The notes below the pieces were generated by a model, which ran no database searches, was not told where the DNA came from, and was given only the letters and a program-made list of their open reading frames with translations. A DNA stretch of 32,812 nucleotides from Peribolospora baueri (taxonomy: Eukaryota): the NCBI GenBank assembly GCA_029717555.1, contig JAMDHS010000076.1, forward strand, positions 62,001 to 94,812. Reading direction: 5' to 3'. Position 1 is the first letter of the stretch. The number at the start of each line of letters is the position of its first letter. The translations under genes were made by a program, and so were the position numbers. Shown here in pieces: positions 22,826-32,812 of this stretch.

Positions 22826-24664
22826 ATGCCTTTCTCTCGCGCCACCCTCCTGTCCCTCCTCCTTCTGTCGGCTTCGTTAGCGGTTCCGGTATTGCGCACC
22901 GAGCGGTACGCCGTCGTCCAGCTCGAGGGATTCAAGTCGACGGCCTACTTCAGCTACAATCAGTCTGTTCAGGACGCCGCGAATGGCATCGAGATCGACG
23001 CACCGCCGAAGACGCAGTCGAAGCGGAGGAACGGAAGCAAGAGGGACAACAACCAGAGCGTCAGCCCCGACATCAACACCAGCCAGGACGTATCGCCGGC
23101 CAACTTTGCCGCTGCTGCTTATTGCGACGTGCATGTCAACCAGTGGTCCTGCGGAGGTGAGCGAAGGCTCATCCACTGGCTGTCGGGACTCGGGGCGCTC
23201 ACCTTCTCACATCTATCTCCCTTCGCGTGTCTGCGTTCGCTCCGCCGGGTTGATAGCCTCATGCAGCGCCACTTCCGACACCCAAGTGCTCGCGACCGGC
23301 GGCGACGGCGGTGGAACTCCGTTCTGTGAGGATCGACCATGATGCTGCCTCGCTCTAGTCGGCGTACACCCCCGCTCACCGGTGTTTTTTTTCAGGGTTT
23401 GTCGCCTGGAGCCCGTCTGAGAACAGGGTCATTGTCAGCCACGAAGGCACTGACCCGACACAGTTCGAGTCGAGTGAGTTGGCTCTCCTTGGCTTCTCTG
23501 CGCCTCCCCGCTCGGCTCATCACTGACCAGGACGTCCGTCGTCGCCCTTACGCATTTCGCAGTCCTTGACGATGCCAAGTTTATCCAGGTCGAGGTAGAC
23601 CAAAACCTCGCGCCTGCCACTGGCGGTAACACCGCCTACGTGCACGATGGTTTCCAGTCAACTTGGGAGTCGTCCAGGGCAGATGTCCTGAGCGCCGTTC
23701 AGAGCGCGCTGGGACAGCACCCGGGAGCTTCTGTGCTTGTCGCCGGTCACTCGCTCGGTGCAGCGATCGCCTCGAGTGAATTTTTTCTTTCTCTGCGGCA
23801 TGGCAAACGACACTCTTCCCTGGACCGCCTTAATTTGGCCACGCTAGCTGACGGCCCGTCCTTGGCATCGTATCCTCTGCATCTTTCCCTCGTCCCAGTG
23901 GACGCTGTGTATTTGCGCAATCAACTCGATTCGAGCGTCGACGTCTCCGCCATCGTATTCGGCCTCCCCCGCGTCGGCAACCAAGCATGGGCCAACGCCG
24001 TGGATGCCAAGCTACCTGGCAAATTCACCCAGTACGTTCGCTCGCTCGTGTTGGCCGGCCGGTGTTTATTCCGTTTCTTCTTGGCGATCCAGCTGACGCG
24101 GGCGGACCCCCACACAGCGTCGTCAACTTTGCCGACATTATCCCTCACCTCCCGCCGCTAGCCTTCGGCTACGTTCACCCTAGCGGTGAGGTCTTTGTCA
24201 CCAGCGCCGGTGGCTCTCAGGCTGTCAACTGCCCTGGCCAGGAGAACGTGAGTGTTAACGTCTTCGTTACCCCTGTCCGATGGTCCGGACGGAACGCCGT
24301 CGGCTCTAAAAGACGAATGGACTGCTAATTCGCGGTATGGTCGTGCAGAACAACTGTGCCAACTCGCTCAGCGCGTTCCAGTATTCGATCGCGGACCACC
24401 TGGGGTGAGCGAGCCGTCACGAGGCCTAAATAAAGTTTTGAATCCGGGCCAACCTTATCAGCCTTGCTTATCGTGTTTCCCTTTTTCCTCATCCAGTCCC
24501 TACTTCGGCGTTGTGACCGGAACAGGCCCCACATTCTGCGATGCGTGAGTGCTTCCATACCGGCCTGTAGTAGATGATGAGCTCGAATTCGTGCTCATCA
24601 CTCCCCTTGCCATCTAATCGGCGTTTCCATCGCCTCCAGGAACCCTTATAACCCCCTTCTGTGA
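22826..24664 (+). CDS. Secreted class-3 lipase (alpha/beta hydrolase) with signal peptide and probable propeptide
   Basis: Signal MPFSRATLLSLLLLSASLA; AAAAYC, VSHEGT, VHDGF, GHSLG (Ser), FGLPRVGN, DIIPHLPP (Asp), YVHPSGE, DHLGPYFG (His). The stop is at 24548 if the last intron (24545-24639) is retained, or at 24664 if it is spliced. Confidence 0.92.
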
Positions 24665-26785
24665 CAAGCCTGGACTTGCCTTTTCCCTTTTGTCTTGCAC
24701 GTTCTCTTTGCAGCGTCAGTTGGTTGGCCCGAGTCACCGAATGGAACGGAACGGAACCTCCCGCACGCGGATCTGTATGTACCTCACGTTTTGATGCATG
24801 CGGGAATGGTACGCCGCGCTTTCTCGTTGGATTTGAAGACGAAGACGACGGACGAGACGATGCGATTGGCGTCGACAACACCGTAGACGGTCGCATGAGC
24901 TGAGCCGTCTTTGCCCCACCAGCGTGTCTCCGTCGGCGATCCCGGGGTACAACAACGGTTTTACTGTACTGCAGCAATCCATGGTGTTTTGATACAAGTA
25001 CAAAGTACGCTTGGCTACCTTTCCTGATGCACCGTGCCTCAACAGCTCAAGGACCCAGGTCGTCGGTGTTTGGGAACCCGCTCGCTCGCCGCTCGGCTTC
25101 CAGCGTCCGTTCAATAGCTATATTGCACAAGGACGCTCAACGCACAAGCATTAGCATTAGTCTACCTCCCAGCACCACGCCAGCCAGCTTGAATGCGGGA
25201 CAGGTAGTCGGTTAGGAGGATTTCAGATTACGGACCGTTGCAGACCACCGTCGACGTGACCTGCATGCATTCCCGGGATCCCTCACGCTGCCTTTTGCGA
25301 ATCGTCACATATCCTCTTCTTCACTTGCGTCGCGATTCCCTCGTCCTTGTTTCGTTCCAACCTCGGGAATGATGAATTTGGCGTCAGCCGTATGGCTTGG
25401 TTGTGGGGGCTCAACCAAGTCGACTCATACGAGCTCGAATCAAGTCGTCGGCTTCCCTCTCAACGCTCTTCTGGTTGTGCTGAGTTGTTCAGTCGCCGCT
25501 AGAAGTTCGGTTTGTCCAAAGCCGTCCCCCCACATCTCTCATCCCTCCTATTGTGGGTCTCGACTCATTGACACGTCCGCCGGCCACCTCGCAGGACGTT
25601 TCGCTTCCGCCCCTTCCTGAGCTCCTTGACCCTCTGCTTACCCTCCGTTTGTAGACGTCCTTCTTCCCCTCAAAGCCTATCGACGCGTGGGGAAAAGCCG
25701 ACCCTTCCAACTTCATCACGGCCAAGGTGTCTTTCAAGACGTCCCGGGGGGAAGGAGGAGCATTTCAGGGGCGACGCTTGCGCCGCACGAGATTGAGGCG
25801 TGGGCTCGGGAGATCGAGCTGAACAACGAGGTGAACGTCAAGGGGGTCAAGACGGCCAAAAGAGTTTGAGTGGCCATACCGTCCGGCATACGGCAAACGT
25901 CGCGAATGGTGGGCGAGGGGCGGTGGCGTGCGCCGGTCGAACGGATGCGGGAGTCGGGCGGAGAGGGAGACGCCATCGCCGTCTCTGCGAGGTTTCAGGC
26001 TCGATGGGGCAGCATCGACGAGGGTCCATTTGATGCGCCTGCGCGCCGGCGCGACTCGGCGACGACAGTGCCTTCCTCCCATCTTCATCTCGGTGGCCTC
26101 GTCCCTCCTACTCGGCCAACTGGTCTCTCCTCCGTTCACAAAACCATTTTATAGCAACTTTACGGCCGAGTCCCGAGATGGACGAGTCGACCTCATCCTC
26201 CGTGCCGCCACACGCCTACCGGGCAACAACAACAACAGCCCTGGCAGACGAACCATGACAGGAACAAGGAGGCGTCCTCCGAGGCGGGTTACCAAGTGAC
26301 AACGATCATGTACTGGAACATTTGGCTACTAGGTCAGCGCCAGCCAGTTCCAGTGGCTGAAGGACGAGAAGAAGCGAGGCGGGGCGGATCTGATGAGCGG
26401 ACGGACAGGGAGATCGGAAGGAAGGGTCGAGCTTCCGAGAGGGTCTTCGCAGGCCTTCGTTCGTTCGTTCGTTCGATGGAATCGGCTTAATTTCCCCGTT
26501 TCATCTTCGGTGCATAGTTAGTTTATCGACGCGGATGGATCGGATGAACAAAAAAAAAAGGTTTGTCCTTTTCTTTTACTTTATACGAATACGCGCGCGG
26601 GGCAGTTAGAAAGCAGGCGAATGAATACGACAACGAAGTGAACAATGAAACATACGCCTGTTGTCTCGTCTCGTTGAAGAAGGAAGAGAGGGAGGGGGGG
26701 AGACAACAAAAAAAATGTCCTTTCCTGGATAGAAATCGCCTTTCCAGCAAGCACCTAATCCAATCCGAACAAAAAAGCAAAAAAG

Positions 26786-28819
26786 CTAGTCCGAGTCCGA
26801 CTGTTCCAACCTGGCGGATCTACGTCTCGCCGACTCTCTGTCCAACTGTTTGTCGTCGACAGCGCTCGTGAGTGACGACGACAGCAGCGTGGCCGTGGAC
26901 ATGCCATTGGCGTGCCCATTAGCGGTCATGCTGGCGATGGCGATGGCAGGGAAATTGTGATTCGTCAGCAGAGAGGAGACGAGGAAGGAAGGAAGGAAGG
27001 AATGCACGCCGCAAAACCACTCACTCTTCTTTCCCCCCTCGCTCCTCCTCTTCCCCGAGCTCGGCCTCGACGGTGCCCACGTCCTCATCACTCCTCGAAT
27101 CTTCCGCTTCCCCGCCGCTAAGGACCTTGTAAGCGACACGAACGATCATGGTACCCCAAATGAGGAGGAGCACCTGCAGCGCGCACAGCAGGGCCGCAAA
27201 GGAGGAGAAGATGGGTCGGCTGAGGTAATGTCCATCGCGAGGCGAGTAGGCGTCAAAGTCGACGAGGTGAGACTCGAAGAAGACAGAGTAAAGGACAATG
27301 TTGAAGAGGATTTGTCGGTTGAGGAGCCAGGAGAGTATGAAGAGAACAAAGGTGGCGTCGCACAGAAGTTGGAAGCCCAAGTAGCGGAACATTTTCGCCA
27401 GCTGCGGGGGAAGGGAAAGGCGACGATCAGCACGCGTCCTCCACGACGCGAGAATATCAAGAACCAAAACACGTACGGAAATAAGAATATCGCTATTGTC
27501 CATGAGACACAAAATGACGATTCCTATGCGGGAACAGTTGACGAGATAGGAGCCGGCGATGAGAGCAGTGGTGATAAAGTGGTGTATGAGCATCAGTAAA
27601 AAGTCGGCGCGCCGCGCCTCAATGTTGAGCACGAAGAGTTGCTGGAACCAGAAGGCCATCTGGGCGAGGTAATAGAACTGCCGGCGAAGAGAACGAGGAA
27701 AATGGCGATCAGCTACGTCGGCCCTTCCGTATGGCAAGGCAAAGGGGTCACCACTCGCCGTCTAACCTACCTTGGTCAAGCCATCAAGCTCTATGTATGG
27801 GTATCCAATCCAGAAATGCTTGGTCTTTAGAGGCCAATACTCCGTTTTGCTCATGACATACTGCGTGGGAAAGTGGAAAAGAGGAAAAAAGGTAAGCAGT
27901 CGGACACGGAAAAAAGGGTGATCCGCGACGGCTGCGAAAAAAAAAGCAAAGCCAAGCCAAGCAAAAGCTCACCATGCCAAAAGCCCAGGACATGGAAAAG
28001 TACAAAACGCTCCAACCTTGCTCGGCAAACCTGGTGACCGCTCTGTCCATCATCTTTTGCACCTTTGCATGCGTCCTCCAATCCTCTCCATCCGCCGTCG
28101 CCTGCCCTTGCTTGCCGTCCGCGCCTGCCCCGGTTCGCTTTTCATCGGACACGGACACGACGGGCGTCGTCGTTGGCTCTGATCGGAACCGGTTCCAGTC
28201 CATCCACCGTCGCGCGATCGGCGAGAGGAGCCATCTCATCGTCGCGCTTCGAAGAAAGGTGAAGAACAGGATCCACGTGACGACGAACGCTGCATCCAAC
28301 GGGCCTTTACCGTACATCGTCTCCGTCGTCGTCGTCGTCGTGGCCGTTTCCGGGCGGGCGATGGGGTAGGAGAGGAAGAAGCAGCCCGTGGTGAGAGCGT
28401 GCAGGTGACCGACGAGGTCCGCAGGCGGGGACAGGGCAAAGGCGGCGCCGAGGCCGCCGGTTGCGGGTGCCCAAGACGATCGGGGCGGCGCACGATGGGA
28501 GCCGGGTGGGGAGACAAGGAAGGAGAGGAGCTCGGGAGAGGAGAGGACGTGGAGGAACGCGGTGGCAGAGAGGCAAGCCAAAGGGAGCTCTGAAGAAAGG
28601 AAAGCCAACGAATCCAATTCGATCAGTGACCACGGTAAGAGAACGCTAGCTAGGCACGGGCACAACAGAACGCAACGCACCTATCTGTCTCTCGAGGACG
28701 TATTGAACAGCCCTGCTCGCCCAACTGACCCTTTCCTCGCTCTTGCCCTTGCCCTTGCTACTGGCGTCTCCGTTGTGGGAGGAGATCCTGTTCGAGACGA
28801 CGTTTCCGTCGGCAGCCAT
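26786..28819 (-). CDS. LAG1: Ceramide synthase (TLC/Lag1p-motif protein), BarA/Lag1-like, 6 exons
   Basis: YGKGPLDAAFV, RFAEQGWS, FWIGYP, FYYLAQMAFW and the Lag1p motif NIEARRADFLLMLIHHFITTALIAGSYLVNCSRIGIVILCLMDNSDILISLAKMFRY; acidic tail AEDSRSDED; last exon ...ARLEQSDSD*. Confidence 0.93.
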
Positions 28820-30101
28820 GCTGGAGGCCGCCGGTACTGCGCGGAGAAGCGGCAGGCGGAGGTGAGGTGGGACGAGGTGGGAGAGGGAGGGAGGGCGGAG
28901 GGGGATAGGGGCCCGCGAAGGAAGTGCGCAAGGAAAGGGGATGGAGAGAGACTGCTTGCGTGTATGCGCACGACCACCGAGACGAGACGAGACGTCGAGG
29001 AAGGTGGAGTTGAGAACGCGAGAAGCAAAGGCCCGGCTTGCGCTGGCTGGCCAAAGCACGCGCGCGCTTGCTCGCCCTCGCCCTTTCCCTAGGCTCGGCT
29101 CTGTTCTTGGTGGGCGGGGTTCTTCTCTCCGCCTACCGCCGCGTCCACCCGCCCGATGACCCGCGCCCGTGCCCGGCGCCGGCACGGCGAAGGGCCGAAT
29201 CGGATTTGTACACGCTCATAAATTTAGTTTGTATAGCATACTACGGCAGTGCTGCGGCGCCATTTATCGGTCATCTATGCGGGGCCTGGGTGGGGACGAC
29301 CGACTCGGATGGAATGGGATGGCCTCCACATCCTGTCCATTGGTGCCATTCGATCGTCGTCCGGACGGGCGTGACAAAGGACAGCGAGCAGAGGGCAGAG
29401 GTGGCTGCATCTGTCGTCAAGGGCTCGAGGGAGGGCCGGAAAGGCGAGTTACGAGTGTCCAAAAGTGGGAAAGGGTTGCAGCCCCTGAGGGAGGCACAGA
29501 CCAGACATGGACGGTAGTAGTAGATAGGAAGTAGATGGCCAAGGCGAGGAATGCGAGCCATAGAAGCGTAGCGTCTCCGCCGGGACGAGAGGAGCGCTTT
29601 TGAGCTCCTCCGCCGGGGTCGGGGCCGCTTGCGAGCTTTCTCGACGTGGCTTCCCTCTTAGGCTAGGTGCTGCTCGTCCGACGAGACACCGAGCGGGAGG
29701 CTCGTGCGCACTCGCACAGACAGGCGTGCGCCTGCTAGCTGGCTGGCTCGCACGCAAGCAGCTCGAAGCGATGCCATCTCAGTCAAGTCAGGTCGTCTTC
29801 GCGCCGTCTTGGCCTCGCACGACCACACCAAGCGAACGCGAATGTACCTGGTTTGAGGCTCGAGCTGGATGGAGCCCATATGGCCCACTCGCTGGTCACG
29901 AGCTTCGATGCCGCTCCGGCCATTGATTGTTATTGTGTCAGCGCGCCATCGTGGCCGGCCGAGCAGTTTATTACACTCTCGCTGTCCCCGCTCGTCCTGA
30001 CTTGGATCCAGCTGCCGTCGGCCAAGCGGCGGTGGTGCTGGTGATGCGTGACCGCCGTCGCCCATCGCCCACTCACCTCGTCTTCCTCCTGACAACCAAT
30101 T

Positions 30102-30193
30102 CAACCCAACCCAACCCAACCCACCTACCCGCACGCACGCACGTTCGCGGATGTGTCGACGCGGACGCCGATGCGGACACGGACGCGGACGCG
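30102..30193 (+). repeat. Cluster of simple repeats (CCCAA)n, (GCAC)n and degenerate (GACGCG)n
   Basis: caacccaacccaacccaaccc, gcacgcacgcacg and gacgcggacgccgatgcggacacggacgcggacgcg lie adjacent. Confidence 0.8.
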
Positions 30194-31112
30194 GGGCTCA
30201 CGGCTCTAGTTAGCCACCTGCCTCCAGGGCTGTCTTGCACTCTCGGCCCTCGACGATGGATGGTCCCCCGCCGTCGCCCGCCAATGATCCCGACCACGAC
30301 GTAAAATTCGCCGTAAACGCCAGGCACGTCTGTCCTGGGCGCTCGAGCCGCTGCCGCTGCCGTCCATCGCGGCATCACGTTCTGCCGGCCGACGATCACC
30401 ATCTGCCCATTTCGGCGTGGAACCAAGCCATCGTACGATGCGCGCTCGGCTGCCGGTTCGCTCTTCCGCTCACCATCGACTCCACTTCTCGGATGGGTCT
30501 CGAATATGGTCGAACATAGCCGCCACGCCCGTCGCGAAGGCCTTCGGGCGGGGACCACACAGAGAACACCACCCTGCGCAGCTCATCCTCGCAGGCCAGT
30601 CAAACACTCCCCGTCGGCACGCGGTAGCCGTCGGCGGGCCCCATGAGGCAATTTGACGCCGTGGCTGGCCACTCTGCATAGACCTCGCTTCCTCTCATTC
30701 TTCTCACTCTTTTCCTCAGCCTCTCTTGATGCATGCCGTCTTTCTTCATTTCCTCTTCTACAGTCATCGCATCGCGCCCGGCCGGCGTCCGGCGTCCGGC
30801 GTCTGGACCCTCCCAGGCCAGGTCTCGCGGACGGCGTGACCATGTCTTCTGCTGATTGGATTGGATTGACCCTCCGACCTCCTCATCCTCAACGACCTCA
30901 GCGGGCAGATTATGCACGCTCTCTGTGAGCCGCCGGCCATGCGCTCCCCCACCCTGTCGTCTGTTACAGTGCAGTCTGAGCCTCCGCCCGCTTCCTTCCG
31001 TTCCCGTCTGACATAACGCCTCACCGTCGTCGCCTCAGCCGTGGACGCACGTCCTGGTGTTACAAAAGGGTCTCTGGCCGTCCGGTCTTCCTGGCCGCCC
31101 TCTCCTCTCACC

Positions 31113-31133
31113 TTTTTTTTTTTTTTTTTTTTT
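31113..31133 (+). repeat. Poly(dT) tract of 21 nt upstream of the GH30 start codon
   Basis: Uninterrupted T run ending ~130 bp before ATG 31266. Confidence 0.9.
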
Positions 31134-31265
31134 CCTTCCTTCCCTTCCCTTCCCCTCCCGCACCCAGGCCTGCTCGTCGCTCTGAACACTTTCTTCTCGT
31201 TTCCCCTCCCCTCCCTCTCTCTCTGCAAGACACGACCGACCCATCTCGTCCTGTTCACAGCGTCC

Positions 31266-32771
31266 ATGACGCGTTCATTCGCCCTCGGCATTCTCCTGGG
31301 CTTCCTTCTCTCCAGCGTCATCACCCTCCCCTTCGCCGCGCAGGCGCAGACTATCACCCAGACCTTTGTCACAAAGTGGGACAAGGGCCAGCTCTTCTCT
31401 CAAAACACAAATCCTAGCCTCAGCTTTTCCGGGAGCGGAAGCGCAGACATCACTGCGGACGACGGGAGTGTGTACCAGCAAATTGACGGCTATGGCGCTA
31501 CGCTGAGTTAGTCGTCTGTCGAACGCGACGCGACGTTCCGTGGCGAGAAACAAACCGAGGTCCTTCAATCTCGTCTCCTCTCCAATAGTCGACTCGGCAG
31601 CGACCCTATTCGCTTCGCTCAAATCCGCCAACTGCGCCGGGTACAATGGCCTCAACTCCAAGCTCTTCGACACGACAGAGACGTCCGACAACGGCGGGCT
31701 GTCCTTCATCCGCCTCCCCATCGGCGCCACCGACCTTTCCTCCTCCGTCTACTCTTGGGAGGATACACAGGGCGCCGGCGTCAACGCTAACGCCGCCCCG
31801 AGTGCGGTGTGGGATACGCTAGGAGATATTAAGAGTGTTAACCCCAACATCAAGGTAGGTGAATGGCGAGCGTTCAATGGCGGAGAGCGCATGCTCAGCC
31901 GCCCTTCTTGGTCCCCTCCATGCAGATCTACGCCGTGCCGTGGTCTGCTCCCGCGTACATGAAGAACACTGGTAACATGAAGGGCGGCGGACTGTCCGCC
32001 GACCAGTTCCATAACTACGCCAACTACCTCCTGGGCGCCGCGCAGGAGCTCGACAAGAAGGGTTTCCGCCGGACGCGAACGAGCCGGAGAACTACGACCC
32101 CACGTATCCGATTATGAGCCTTGAACCCAGCGACGAGGCCACCATCGCCGGATACCTGCGCAGCGCATTGGACAGCAACGGTTACAGCAACGTCCTCATC
32201 TCCGCCTTTGAGCACAACTGGGACCACGTGAGCTAGCGTACTGCTTTTCTTCCTTACCGGACGTCGAGAGAAGCTGGGACGACGGCAGTGACCATGTTTC
32301 GACTCCCTCCTTCCACTCTCCTGCTCTCGCTCAGGTTTATTGGCCGATCGAAGGTGCTAGAGGGCTCCGGGGCGCGAGCGTCCAAGTGGATCCGGGTGCT
32401 GATGTGACATCCTCGCTGGCATTCTCCTCTCCCCTCTCCGCACCAGCCGTCGGCGACAACCAGAACGCATTTACCGGCGCCTCTTTCCACTGTTACAACA
32501 CGGGCAGCGACAGCAACGCGTCGGCGTCCGATATGGCCAGTTCGCCTCGGCTTTCCCGTCCAAGCATATTTGGCAGACCGAATGTACGCCTCGACTCGAC
32601 TCTCCTTCTCTCTTCTGCACGCTGACCCGTGTGCGCCGCGTACTCACTCTCTTCTTTCGCCACCGTCCGACGTTGGACGCAGGCACGGGCACGATCGGAA
32701 GTGACTGGTGGAGCGACATCAAGTACGACACGGGCGCACTGCGAGCCGTCGTCGCAGACCAGCGGCCTTCT

Positions 32772-32802
<31 letters not shown>

Positions 32803-32812
32803 CCGTTAACCC
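31266..32812 (+). pseudogene. Secreted glycoside hydrolase family 30 (endo-beta-1,6-glucanase-like), cut off by the window end and carrying two frameshifts (pseudogene or assembly error)
   Basis: Signal peptide, then QQIDGYGATL, FIRLPIGATD, PWSAPAYMK, NEP (acid/base), EHNWD, ASFHCY, QTEC (nucleophile) and GSDWWSDIK. NEP and TEC each lie out of frame with the preceding coding sequence, with no room for an intron. The GH30 assignment is firm; pseudogene status is uncertain. Confidence 0.7.
32774..32802 (+). repeat. Poly(dT) tract of 29 nt at the window end, probably intronic in GH30
   Basis: Uninterrupted T run ending 10 nt before the end of the sequence. Confidence 0.9.

Noticed and set aside
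22826..28819. Lipase plus ceramide synthase as a lipid gene cluster
   Set aside because: They are convergent, about 2 kb apart and act in different compartments (secreted versus ER); no shared pathway is evident.
32806..32812. TAACCC at the window end as a telomere repeat
   Set aside because: Single copy, and the wrong orientation for a right-hand chromosome end (TTAGGG expected).
1..32812. CRISPR arrays, transposases, LTRs or prokaryotic operons
   Set aside because: All genes carry spliceosomal introns; no spaced direct repeats, transposase or reverse-transcriptase motifs, or long terminal repeats were seen.

Overview
Intron-rich, GC-rich eukaryotic DNA from a fungus, most likely a basidiomycete (GTGAG/GTAAG donors, CTRAC/CTRAT branch sites, YAG acceptors, introns mostly ~80-170 nt). 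The supplied ORF track is largely fragments, so gene models were rebuilt by hand across splice sites. In order: 3' end of an unknown gene; a small hypothetical protein; MesA/Afi1-like uDENN polarity protein (-); KEOPS subunit Pcc1 (+); Lsm8 (-); Prm10/ThrE-family exporter (+); Amt/Mep ammonium transporter of the Glu-His type (+); class-III PLP aminotransferase (+); secreted class-3 lipase (+); Lag1/BarA-type ceramide synthase (-); and a secreted GH30 glucanase (+) that runs off the end and has two frameshifts next to its catalytic motifs. The best candidate for a system is the co-oriented nitrogen-handling trio (exporter, Amt, aminotransferase) with GATA-rich upstream regions, but this is inference. 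No mobile element, rRNA, tRNA or CRISPR array is supported. Family assignments come from remembered motifs, not database searches.
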